Assembly: GCA_965238275.1 (NCBI GenBank)
Contig: OZ250186.1
Location: 1,792,001-1,856,000, forward strand
Reading direction: 5' to 3'
DNA length: 64,000 nt
Origin: Nitrosopumilus sp.
GTDB taxonomy: Archaea; Thermoproteota; Nitrososphaeria; Nitrososphaerales; Nitrosopumilaceae
The notes beneath the pieces are model-generated. The model was not told the DNA's origin, made no database searches, and saw only the letters and a program-made list of their open reading frames with translations. The stretch's first letter is position 1. Each line of letters begins with the position of its first letter. A program made the translations under genes and the position numbers. Shown one piece after another: positions 31,162 through 41,353 of the stretch.

Positions 31162-31164
31162 TAG
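29722..31164 (+). CDS. tnpB: TnpB-family RNA-guided endonuclease
   Basis: RuvC-I GLDLG, RuvC-II FLEDL, zinc ribbon CAACG/CVSCG, RuvC-III HADKNAAKNI. Confidence 0.92.
   Translation: MIVSKIIKITQSRELSRKIVKCSRETDIIYDMTIMMKLAHSRITQFDVNNLITGWRREFNLTNSVRMHEAASKQAFQAAVKFRKANRLKHNKRIWRKKQIKLGKKKTYKHNRWTEPSSLMRRGRKTTRLRSLNSRGKPKLRDSGAVFLPGLGEARPRTKVPEGRLVSFQMIDATGKVTRKTKDGDREFKLHLQIEVPDPEPATGGGRGCKAGLDLGVRHLAAVADEHGNEKLHNVPGGCKRHDGDRIDQLKSLRSRCQAGSRRWKEIGRKVTHELKKISNRQKHNEIDIARRITKGLSVLFLEDLDLTKMRRSCGAASKTGLNREMAYSRMGEFRIQLEWQMKKKGGISRRVEHAHTSQRCAACGVVDKKSRNGESFVCVSCGWCHHADKNAAKNILDNDCLHTEETGGQAHGNRGGTIAGVEVVTRREDHGSDGSGMNNSTGRLGPGNDDNIGRSDRAPERASGHATERSVCTNFRSPL
30923..31161 (+). ncRNA. Putative omegaRNA scaffold overlapping the tnpB 3' end
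   Basis: Hairpins conserved with copy 2 through compensatory changes; GNRA loops; 5' boundary approximate. Confidence 0.65.
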
Positions 31165-31327
31165 TCCTTATTTTTAACCATCAGTAAGCCACATGCTCGG
31201 CCCCCCCCCCAAAGTCGGACACGGCTATTTGCAGGATTCATGCCTGACAGATGCTGTACATGCAATCACGCGTCGTGATCCGTCCGGAATTCGAAACCGT
31301 TAATTTGGCAGTAATGCAACAGAGCAC

Positions 31328-31798
31328 ATGTCATTTGAGATTGACTGGCGAAGTGATTTTTACGGAATCTCATGGGCGTACGAGAAGAGCAGGTTGGTGG
31401 TATCGACGATATTTGAGGACAAGAAGAATGCAGTGGAAGTTGCGATGGACATAGACAGCTGGAGTGACAAGTTCACGCGGATGACAATAATAGAGAGGGA
31501 CAACGGCGAATTTGCAATCTGTTGCTATCAGGACCCCCAGGTAGCAAAGGGCAAAAACCCCATAGGGCTGTTCAGGACAGGAATGATACAGAGCGGCGGA
31601 TACGAACAGGCAAAGCCCATGATTGAGGAGAGGTCCCCCCTGCTACAGATTGCATACGCAGCAGATGTCAGGGATATGAGTACATACGAGCAGATCTCCA
31701 GGCTGGTGCCCATAAGAAAGTGCAGGATAATCTCTGAAAAGGATTTGAAACGGCAGGAATACTATTACGAAAAGGGCGCGTGTGAAAAATCAGCATAG
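31328..31798 (+). CDS. Hypothetical protein
   Basis: 156-aa ORF with natural composition and an upstream TTAATTT box. Confidence 0.7.
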   Translation: MSFEIDWRSDFYGISWAYEKSRLVVSTIFEDKKNAVEVAMDIDSWSDKFTRMTIIERDNGEFAICCYQDPQVAKGKNPIGLFRTGMIQSGGYEQAKPMIEERSPLLQIAYAADVRDMSTYEQISRLVPIRKCRIISEKDLKRQEYYYEKGACEKSA

Positions 31799-31971
31799 GC
31801 TGCATGATCACGGCGACGCAGCTGCCTTTCAGGATGCTGCGGCGCGCCACCACGCCTGCACTCCAACGGGAGGCATGCCCGCCTGACTGCATTGGCATGC
31901 CGTGCTTGGGTTGTAAAGCCAGTCATCATCCAAACCCAATACTTTAATTGAACTTGCAGGACAATGCAATA

Positions 31972-32373
31972 ATGAATTATGACAACCTTTTAAAGAGAAT
32001 CATGGCATCGGACGTGAATATACGGCACAGCATCATTACAGACATCGAGGGAGCCATAAAGGCCACCGGACACCGGGAGGGGATTCGAAACTATCTTTCC
32101 CAGGAGGAGACAGAGGCATCATTGAAGAGGGCCGCATATGCATGGAAACAGAGAAAGCAGCTGTATCCAAAGATTGGAAAGGGGGTATACGCAGTGGCAG
32201 TCTTTGAGAAGATAACAAGGATTACATTTCCTGTGGACGAGGATCATCTGATATTTGTCAGCATGGGGTTTGAGCAGACACGAACGAATCTAGACGCAGG
32301 TGGCCAAAAGCACATCATTGACAACGTGCTGAACATATTGAGCCGTGATCCCACAAGGGGAGTAAGAGTCTAG
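31972..32373 (+). CDS. DUF6659/roadblock-like thaumarchaeal protein
   Basis: IRHSIITD..G....G.REG....LS.EE...IGKGVYAVAVFEKITRITFP pattern; start uncertain. Confidence 0.7.
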   Translation: MNYDNLLKRIMASDVNIRHSIITDIEGAIKATGHREGIRNYLSQEETEASLKRAAYAWKQRKQLYPKIGKGVYAVAVFEKITRITFPVDEDHLIFVSMGFEQTRTNLDAGGQKHIIDNVLNILSRDPTRGVRV

Positions 32374-32522
32374 GGTCTTTGCGCCCGGAGGCACCACGGT
32401 ATTTTTAATTTTAAAAGGGATGGCTGTTGTTGCCGCATGCGGGTTCGGGACGCCTGCCCGCAACTGGCACCGGCGGCAACCGGTTCACAATATTCATTAA
32501 ACTCTTCAACTGACAACAAAAC

Positions 32523-32873
32523 GTGACAGAGTTTGTCTACAGGCCGTACAAGCGGGTTTACGTAAGGGATGTGATCAGGCTGAACCTTGATGACTTTATC
32601 GGGATGATGACCTCGATGGAATCCATAAGCGCATACTGGGCAGACGGGGTCATGTTTGCAAGTTTTGCCATGACAGAGTCCGAGGAGCTGGCCAAAAAGG
32701 AGATGCAGGACGAGATGTACCTTGACAGGATAGTGTTTACAAAGTACGATAACTATTCCAAGACGGCCAGGTCTGCAAACAACCTAGAGATAGGCATACT
32801 GAACGTGCAGAACGGCCCTGTATACAGGAAGTTGGTTGCGTGGCTCAAGACCCAGACGGCATGGAACGAATAA
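32523..32873 (+). CDS. Conserved-type archaeal hypothetical protein
   Basis: 116-aa ORF with GTG start; YRPYKRVYV and YWADG motifs. Confidence 0.7.
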   Translation: MTEFVYRPYKRVYVRDVIRLNLDDFIGMMTSMESISAYWADGVMFASFAMTESEELAKKEMQDEMYLDRIVFTKYDNYSKTARSANNLEIGILNVQNGPVYRKLVAWLKTQTAWNE

Positions 32874-32945
32874 CGCCGGCGTAAAAAACCGGCCTGCGCA
32901 GAATCTAGGCTTTGTGCAGCAGGGTAATAAAAAACCAGGTGTTTA

Positions 32946-33131
32946 CTACTGCGGCGTGTAGTGCAGATCACAGAACAGCGCGTTTCCGTTTGGTAGCGTC
33001 CTGGCAGTTATGCTAAAACCGGAATCAAGTCCCCTTCCACAGACATAACATTCCACGCTCTTGGCCGAACTCCAAACATGTTCTGGTTTCTTGAGAATCT
33101 GCATGTCCTGTATGATCGTCTGGTTTGTCAC
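32946..33131 (-). CDS. Small zinc-binding hypothetical protein
   Basis: CYVC...FCDLH ligands; the real start may be 33104. Confidence 0.6.
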   Translation of the reverse strand: MTNQTIIQDMQILKKPEHVWSSAKSVECYVCGRGLDSGFSITARTLPNGNALFCDLHYTPQ

Positions 33132-33452
33132 CCGGGCCGTGGTGGATTTTTGACATGCAGTAGTATAGAACAGGTTGGTATTTAAAAGTACCGTACCATA
33201 ACCGTACTATTAGGTACACAGCCGTTTGGCGGCAGCAGAACAACTCATTCCCAGACGGCTCATTTTGTAGCAGACAGGGTTGCCGGCAGGTATGGACAAC
33301 GGTTGTGCGGCTTGCCTGCAGTCAGAATCCCGTCATGCTGCTGCACGGTGACTGCAGCCGGCACGCCATCCGTGTTCTGCCGGATTTTATCCGGTAGCAT
33401 GAGCGGCATTCTCATCAATTTAAATAATAAGGCATGATGATTTACCGTATGG

Positions 33453-34802
33453 GTGGACATCTTTGGAAATGCTCAGGCAAGACTGATACCGCTGGATCTG
33501 TCTGAGAACCAGTTTCAGATTTACAACAGAATCTCACGAAACTATTCGCACTCATTCCTCTTCGAATCGCTTACAGGGCCAGGCAAACTCTCTGAGACAT
33601 CAGTAATGGGCTTTGATCCGGCCGTGATCCTCAGGGGATACTCTGACAGGGTGGAGATAGTCGCAAAAGGACAGACCAGAGTCATCCGGGATGCGAATCC
33701 GTTTGAGGAGATAAGACGTCTCCTTGGGGGGACGGCAGACCAGAGATACAGGTATCTTGGAGGGGCAGTCGGAATTGTAAACTATGACACAGTCAGGACA
33801 ATAGAGGACATTCCGGATTCGCACGGTGCGCCTGCTCCGCTAATGGAGTTTGGGGTGTACGACGATGGAATACTCTACGACAACCTGCACAAGAAGCTGT
33901 TCTACTTTTACCACGACCGGGACAGGTTTGAGGAACTTCAAATCGGCGACGGGGAGTTTGGCAGATTCCATGCCGGTCATGTCAGGTCAAACATGAGCGA
34001 GTCAGGGTTCTCAGAGATTGTGGAGAGGGCAAAAAGATACATCTACGACGGGGATATCTTTCAGGCGGTTCTCTCGCGCAAGTTTACATTTGATGTCAGC
34101 GGGGACAATCTGGCATTGTACAGTGCACTTCGCAGGCTGAATCCGTCGCCATACATGTACCACCTGAAACAGGGCAGCAGCACAGTCATTGGCGCGTCCC
34201 CGGAGATGCTGGTCCGCGTCACAGGAGACACGGTAGAGACGTTTCCGATTGCAGGAACAAGAAAGATCACAAAGGATGAAAGGCAGAACCAGGCACTCGC
34301 AGACGAGCTGCTCTGCGACGAGAAGGAGCTGGCAGAACACACAATGCTGGTGGACCTTGGCAGGAACGACATAGGGAGGGTCTGCAGGTACGGAACCGTC
34401 CATCCCGAATCCCTGATGAAGGTGAGGAGGTTCAGCCATGTGCAGCACATAGTCACACACCTGGCAGGCAGGCTGGCTCCCGAAAGGGACATGTTTGATG
34501 CGTTCCAGTCCGTGTTTCCCGCAGGGACAGTCTCAGGGGCGCCAAAGGTTCGGGCCATGGAGATCATCGACGAGCTGGAGACGGATGCGAGGGGGCCGTA
34601 TGCGGGGGCAGTCGGATACTTTTCACACAACGGATGCTGCGACTTTGCAATCGGAATCAGGAGCATATTCATTAAAGGGAACAAGGGATTTGTGCAGTCC
34701 GGCGCGGGAATCGTCTCGGACTCGGTTCCCAGAAACGAGTTTATGGAGACAGAGTACAAGGCAGACGCGATGCTTCAGGCGCTAAGGGAGGCATCGGATT
34801 GA
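33453..34802 (+). CDS. trpE: Anthranilate synthase component I
   Basis: FLFES, NPSPYMY, KELAEHTMLVDLGRND and PAGTVSGAPK motifs. Confidence 0.95.
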   Translation: MDIFGNAQARLIPLDLSENQFQIYNRISRNYSHSFLFESLTGPGKLSETSVMGFDPAVILRGYSDRVEIVAKGQTRVIRDANPFEEIRRLLGGTADQRYRYLGGAVGIVNYDTVRTIEDIPDSHGAPAPLMEFGVYDDGILYDNLHKKLFYFYHDRDRFEELQIGDGEFGRFHAGHVRSNMSESGFSEIVERAKRYIYDGDIFQAVLSRKFTFDVSGDNLALYSALRRLNPSPYMYHLKQGSSTVIGASPEMLVRVTGDTVETFPIAGTRKITKDERQNQALADELLCDEKELAEHTMLVDLGRNDIGRVCRYGTVHPESLMKVRRFSHVQHIVTHLAGRLAPERDMFDAFQSVFPAGTVSGAPKVRAMEIIDELETDARGPYAGAVGYFSHNGCCDFAIGIRSIFIKGNKGFVQSGAGIVSDSVPRNEFMETEYKADAMLQALREASD

Positions 34803-35395
34803 AGGTACTGATAATAGACAACTATGACTCGTTTGTGTACAATATTGCGCAGTATGCAGGGGAGCTTGGTGCCGAGTGCGATGTCATCAGGAATGACAGG
34901 ATCACTCCAGAGCAGATAAGACAGAAGGGGTACGATGCAATAATAATCTCGCCTGGTCCCGGAACCCCGGAGGAGAGAAGGTACTTTGGCATATGCTCTG
35001 ATGTCATATCCGACATTGGGCCGACTGTCCCAATACTGGGCATCTGTCTTGGGCACCAGGGAATCATTCATGCCTTTGGCGGCAGGGTCACCAATGCAGG
35101 ATGCGTAAGACACGGAAAGACAAGCCCCGTAATCCATACGGGCTCGGATCTGTTCCGGGATGTAAGGTCCCCGTTTCAGGCAACCAGGTATCACAGCCTG
35201 GTGGGCGACAAGACGATAATTCCAGACGACTTGGAGGTTACTGCCACGGCAGCCGACGACGGGGAGATCATGGCAGTAAGGCACAAGACGTATCCCGTCC
35301 AGGGGGTGCAGTTTCATCCCGAGTCGATAATGACCCAGGACGGAAAGAAGATTATTGGGAATTTTATGAGGCAGGCAGGAGAGGCGGCACGATGA
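34799..35395 (+). CDS. trpG: Anthranilate synthase component II
   Basis: IDNYDSF, SPGPG, GICLGHQ and QFHPES motifs. Confidence 0.95.
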   Translation: MKVLIIDNYDSFVYNIAQYAGELGAECDVIRNDRITPEQIRQKGYDAIIISPGPGTPEERRYFGICSDVISDIGPTVPILGICLGHQGIIHAFGGRVTNAGCVRHGKTSPVIHTGSDLFRDVRSPFQATRYHSLVGDKTIIPDDLEVTATAADDGEIMAVRHKTYPVQGVQFHPESIMTQDGKKIIGNFMRQAGEAAR

Positions 35396-36443
35396 TTCCA
35401 CACATCATCTCCAGGCTGCAACAGGGACTGGACATCACATATGAGGAGGCCGGGGCCGCCATGACAGAGATGCTCTCGGGACGGACAGACGGCAGGCAGA
35501 ATGCAGAACTCATATCCGGCCTTGCCGACAAGGGGGAGACAGACGAGGAGCTGCTGGGAATGCTTGATGCGATGCAGAGGTTTGTCCTTGTGATGAGGCC
35601 CGGGGATGATGATGATGATGCCAAAACCACAATAGACATGTGCGGGACCGGGGGAGACGGGCTTGGAACATTCAACATATCCACTGCAGCCTCGTTTGTG
35701 GTGGCAGCGGCAGGAGGGGTAGTGGCAAAGCACGGGAACCGCTCAAATTCCGGAGCCACGGGCAGCGCCGACGTGTTTGAGTACTTTGGGTATGATCTTG
35801 GCATGGAGCCTGCAGAGGTCTCAGGGATCCTGCACAGGCACGGCATATGCTTCATGTTTGCGCAAAAGTTTCACCCGGCAATGAGGCATGTGGCAGCTGC
35901 CCGCAAAGCCCTTGGGAGAAGGACCGCATTCAACCTGCTGGGGCCGCTTGCAAACCCTGCAGGCACAAAGAACCAGCTCGTCGGGGTGTCCTCAGAGGAC
36001 ATGCTTGAGAGAATCCCGCTCATCCTCAAAAGGAACGGGGCAGAATGCATCATGACTGTGCGGGCTGCAAACGGGTTGGACGAGTTTTCCACCAGCTCCC
36101 CCAACTCGGTGTGCATGCTCAAGGAAGGCAGCATAACCAGGAGCGTGGTAAAGCCCGAGGATGTCGGACTTTGCAGGTCGAGCCTGCGCGACATACAGGT
36201 GAGCACGGGCGACGAGGCGATGAGGGCCTTTGTGGGTGTGCTTGACGGAACGGCAAACAGGGCGATGATTGAGACGGTGGCCCTCAATGCCGCAGGCGGG
36301 CTTGTCGTGGCGGGCATCTCAGAGAGCATCGGAGAGGCAGTGGAGACTGCGCTGGGCGTCATGGACGGGGGCGGCGCCTTTTCACTCTTGGAGAGGTTTG
36401 TCGCAGATACTGGCACCGTATCACTGATAAGGGGGCTGCTGCA

Positions 36444-36447
<4 letters not shown>
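35392..36447 (+). CDS. trpD: Anthranilate phosphoribosyltransferase
   Basis: CGTGGDG, FNIST and KHGNRS motifs; ATG at 35392 overlaps the trpG stop. Confidence 0.95.
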
Positions 36448-37249
<802 letters not shown>

Positions 37250-37253
<4 letters not shown>

Positions 37254-38437
37254 GGTATCCCAAAGACGGCAGGTTTGGGGAGTTTGGCGGGAGATACATA
37301 CCGGAGACTCTCGTGCCTGCAATCGAGGAGCTGGAGAAGAGCTACCTGAGGTTCAGAGGCGATCCCGACTTTAAGAGCGAGCTGAGGTACTATCTGAAGT
37401 CATACGCGGGACGCCCCACGCCGCTGTACTATGCAGAGAACCTCTCAAAGAGGCTGGGGGGCGCAAGGATATACCTCAAGAGGGAGGATCTGCTGCACGG
37501 CGGGGCCCACAAGATCAACAACACGCTGGGCCAGGCACTGCTTGCCAAGAGGATGAGAAAAAAGAGGATAATAGCAGAGACCGGGGCCGGCCAGCACGGG
37601 GTTGCCACTGCCATGGCATGCGCGGTGCTGGGGATGAAGGCCGAGGTATACATGGGATACAAGGATACCATAAGGCAAAAGCTCAACGTGTTCAGGATGA
37701 ACATGCTTGGATCCAGGGTCCGTCCCGTGGAGTCAGGCTCCAAGACGCTCAAGGATGCCATCAACGAGGCGATTCGGGACTGGATTACAAACGTCAACAC
37801 CACGTACTACCTGCTGGGCTCGGCAGTGGGCCCGCACCCGTATCCGGTGATGGTAAGGGACTTTCAAAGCGTGATAGGAAAAGAGATAGCCTCCCAGATG
37901 AGGGGGATTGGCAGGAGACCGGATACCGTTATTGCCTGCGTCGGCGGAGGATCCAACGCGATAGGCACGTTTTATCCCCTGGCCTCGACTGACGCGGAGA
38001 TGATCGGCGTGGAGGCTGCGGGGCTGGGACTCAGGTCGGGCAAGCATTCGGCATCCATTTCTGCGGGAAGCAAGGGCGTGCTTCACGGCATGATGACGTA
38101 CCTGCTCCAGAACAGGGAGGGGCAGATAATGGAGACGCACAGCATCTCAGCAGGGCTTGACTATCCGGGCGTGGGGCCGGAGCATGCATACTACAAGGAC
38201 TCAGGAAGGGTCAGGTACAGGGCGGCAAGGGACGCCGAGGTGATTGACGCGTTTCTGATGCTGACCAGGACGGAGGGGATAATTCCGGCGCTTGAATCGG
38301 CCCACGCGGTGGCCGAGGCCGTCAAGGTTGCAAAAAAGGGCAAGAAGACAGAGTCGGTCGTGGTGACGCTGTCTGGACGCGGGGACAAGGACGTGGAGGA
38401 AGTGCAGAGGTACTTGAATGAAAATGTCAAGAATTAG
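37250..38437 (+). CDS. trpB: Tryptophan synthase beta chain
   Basis: [23 protein letters not shown] and LSGRGDKD motifs; TTG start overlaps the trpC stop. Confidence 0.96.
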
Positions 38438-39227
38438 GGACAGGCTTGCCAGGCTGCAGGCAGACAACACCAGGGCGCTGATACCGTACGTGATGGCAGG
38501 ATTTCCAGACGAGGACGCCACGGTCTCTGCGGTAAGGGGGCTGGTAAAAGGAGGGGCAGACATAATTGAGTTGGGATTTCCGTTTTCCGACCCGCTTGCA
38601 GACGGGCCGGTGATTCAAAACGCAGGGACCGTATCGCTGGAGAACGGCACGAGCATCGCGGGATTCTTCAGGATGGTCAGGAGGATCAGAAAGGAGACTG
38701 ACATCCCGCTGGTGCTGATGACATACGCCAACATCCTGTACCACCGGGGGTATGCAAGGTTCGTATCAGAGGCGGCAGGGGCTGGGATAGACGGGCTCAT
38801 CATACCGGACATGTCAGTGGAGGAATCAGAAGAGTATCTTGACGCTGCAAGGGGCAGGGTGGACACCATATTTCTGATATCACCCAACACTGCCAAGGCA
38901 AGGGTGCAGAGGATTGCAAGGGAGTCGTCGGGATTCCTGTATCTCGTGGCCGTGTACGGCACGACCGGCGTGGGCAGGGGCATCAAGGAGTACACGCTCA
39001 GGGCAATCAAAAACGCCAAGGAGTATACGGGGGGAGGGATTCCCGTCGGGGTGGGTTTTGGCGTGTCGAGTCCGCAGGATGTCAGGGCGTATGTCGCGGC
39101 AGGCGCAGACGCGGTGATTGTGGGCAGCGCGTACCTGAAGCTTATCCAAAAAACGCCAAAAGACGAGATCGAGTCTGCCGTGGCGTCGTTTACGAGGGAA
39201 CTCAAGGAGCAGACAAGGCCGGGCTGA
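38418..39227 (+). CDS. trpA: Tryptophan synthase alpha chain
   Basis: [17 protein letters not shown] and VGFGV motifs. Confidence 0.96.
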   Translation: MKMSRIRDRLARLQADNTRALIPYVMAGFPDEDATVSAVRGLVKGGADIIELGFPFSDPLADGPVIQNAGTVSLENGTSIAGFFRMVRRIRKETDIPLVLMTYANILYHRGYARFVSEAAGAGIDGLIIPDMSVEESEEYLDAARGRVDTIFLISPNTAKARVQRIARESSGFLYLVAVYGTTGVGRGIKEYTLRAIKNAKEYTGGGIPVGVGFGVSSPQDVRAYVAAGADAVIVGSAYLKLIQKTPKDEIESAVASFTRELKEQTRPG

Positions 39228-39514
39228 TTCGGTGCACACATCTGGAGGCGGTTAGGCAAGTCAGCTGCAATGAGAAGAGGATAACATGACATCTCGTCAG
39301 TCGACTACATGGAGGGAATACTCTAGCGCACTTTGACATCAGAATGCGTACATGCCTGCAGGAATCATCCCCACCCCAGCATCAGTCAATACGTTGTCAG
39401 CCAGTTCCATGTCATCTGCAAGACTTTGGAAACAGGAATATGTCTTGGGAACCGGATGTGATTTGAAGGGTGACAGATATCCACAAATATAAGTAGGCAG
39501 GTTGAATCAACGAT

Positions 39515-39799
39515 ATGCCACTAAAACGCGCCAGCAGGGGCCGCACCAAGGGCGGAAAGGGATCCTCTGGAGTCATCCAGTGTACAAACTGCGGACAGAC
39601 TGTTCCAAAGGACAAGGCAAAAAAGGTCACATCAAGGCTGAATCTGGTTGAGCACACGCTGGCAAAGGAGCTGCGTGCCCAGGGCGCATACATTGCATCG
39701 CCGACGGTCCTCAAATGGTACTGCATCTCCTGTGCAATCCACTTTAAGATTCTAAAGATAAGATCCGCTGACAACAGGCGAAAGCGCGGCAGGCTCTAG
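39515..39799 (+). CDS. rps26e: 30S ribosomal protein S26e
   Basis: CTNCGQTVPKDKA and YCISCAIH motifs. Confidence 0.96.
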   Translation: MPLKRASRGRTKGGKGSSGVIQCTNCGQTVPKDKAKKVTSRLNLVEHTLAKELRAQGAYIASPTVLKWYCISCAIHFKILKIRSADNRRKRGRL

Positions 39800-40368
39800 T
39801 CACGAATCTGTCTTGCAGTGACGATCATCCTCTGAACCAGCGTGATTCCTGCAATTATGATTACGATTATCACGGCGTACTCCATGAATCCTATCATCCC
39901 TATTATGGCAACCACCAGTAATCGTTCGGCCCTCTCGCCGATCCCAACCCCCTGAAGCCTTATGCCAAGCTGATCCGACTTTGCCCTGGCATAGCTGACC
40001 AGCAGGGACAGCGTCACTGCAAGCAGCACGAGTATCGGATCTGCGTACCCTCCCACAAGGATTCCCAGAAATATTGCAACCTCGGCAATCTTGTCAAACA
40101 TCGCATCAAGGTAGGAGCCCTTGTTGGAGGTCTTGCCGATGACCCTGGCCACCTGGCCGTCCACCATGTCAAAGAATCCGGATACAAGCAGCAGTACGCC
40201 CCCGATTATCAGCCCGTACTGGATTCCCAGGCCGTACGATACGGCAGAGGCCAGCGCAAATCCAAGCCCGACGGCAGTCCAAAAGTTTGGAGACAGTCCG
40301 GTGGATGCAAACCCGCGTCCAACCTTCTCAAGTGCAGGCCTCAGGGTATCCCTCAGGTTGTTGAGCAT
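39796..40368 (-). CDS. CDP-alcohol phosphatidyltransferase (archaetidylinositol phosphate synthase-like)
   Basis: DMVDGQVAR...GSYLDAMFD signature; likely start MLNNLR at 40368. Confidence 0.9.
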   Translation of the reverse strand: MLNNLRDTLRPALEKVGRGFASTGLSPNFWTAVGLGFALASAVSYGLGIQYGLIIGGVLLLVSGFFDMVDGQVARVIGKTSNKGSYLDAMFDKIAEVAIFLGILVGGYADPILVLLAVTLSLLVSYARAKSDQLGIRLQGVGIGERAERLLVVAIIGMIGFMEYAVIIVIIIAGITLVQRMIVTARQIRD

Positions 40369-40475
40369 ATGATGGACTCGTGTATATGGTATAATAACAT
40401 GAATAGTGTCAGGCCGGAGATGCATGCCAGGTGATCCTGCCGGTACCCCCAATATGCCAAGATTCTGCGTGTCTG

Positions 40476-41351
40476 CTACCGGTCCCGGGCAACGCCCTGC
40501 GCAACCAGCACGGAGATTATCTTTGCGGCAAGCGATGCGGTGGCGCCGTTGTCATGGTATGGGTTCAGTTCCACAATGTCGGCACCGGACACCTGCACGT
40601 CGCGCAGGGAATGAATCATGTCAAAGAGCTCCCGCGATGTGATGCCTACCGCCTCGGGGCTGCCCACTCCGGGGGCAAACGCGGGATCCAGCACGTCCAG
40701 GTCAAAGCTGGAGTACACTGCACCAAAGGAGGAGGCATAGTCTCGGAGCAGCTGCGGTCCCTGGCCTGCCCGTATCTGGCCGTCTGAGATGGTGCGGATG
40801 CGGTTCTCATTCAGAAACTCTAGCTCCTCGCCTACAAACGCCCTGGCCCCGACATGCAGGATGCCGTCAGCGCCCCTCTCCTCTGCTATCCGCCGGAGAT
40901 AGGATGCGTGGCTCAGCCGCGTCCCGTCAAACTCGTCGCGCAGGTCGTAGTGGGCATCAAACACCACGTATCCCGTGTCCTTGGGAAAGCTCATGTATGC
41001 GCCATACGTGATGGAGTGCTCCCCCCCAAGCATTATCACCGGACGGCCCCTGCCGACCAGTTCGGCAGTAACCCTCCCCACCATCTTGATCATCTCAGAG
41101 GAGACTGCAGTGTGGCGGATGTTTCCCACGTCATCAATGTGTGCAGATTCCAGGTCCACGCCAAGCTCGGGGTGGAATATCTCGATGTTGTCAAACGAGT
41201 TGCGTATTGCATCCGGTCCGAACCGGCACCCGGGCTTGTAGGATTGGGTCGCGTCAAACGGAACGCCAAACAGGGTTGCAACAGGCATTGAGGCATCACC
41301 AGACGATGTGATTGACGAGTTTGCATTGAGGTACAGATCAGCGTAGCTCAT
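40476..41351 (-). CDS. speB: Agmatinase
   Basis: GGEHS, DAHYD and SFDLDVLDPAFAPG motifs. Confidence 0.93.
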   Translation of the reverse strand: MSYADLYLNANSSITSSGDASMPVATLFGVPFDATQSYKPGCRFGPDAIRNSFDNIEIFHPELGVDLESAHIDDVGNIRHTAVSSEMIKMVGRVTAELVGRGRPVIMLGGEHSITYGAYMSFPKDTGYVVFDAHYDLRDEFDGTRLSHASYLRRIAEERGADGILHVGARAFVGEELEFLNENRIRTISDGQIRAGQGPQLLRDYASSFGAVYSSFDLDVLDPAFAPGVGSPEAVGITSRELFDMIHSLRDVQVSGADIVELNPYHDNGATASLAAKIISVLVAQGVARDR

Positions 41352-41353
41352 GC

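Noticed and set aside
29722-31164. TnpB as a possible Cas12f/type V CRISPR effector
   Set aside because: No CRISPR array or cas1/cas2 near either copy; transposon-like ends are present instead.
31162-31185. Search for targets of the predicted TnpB guides elsewhere in the window
   Set aside because: By eye only short AT-rich partial matches were found (e.g. TAAAAGGG near 32412); nothing convincing.
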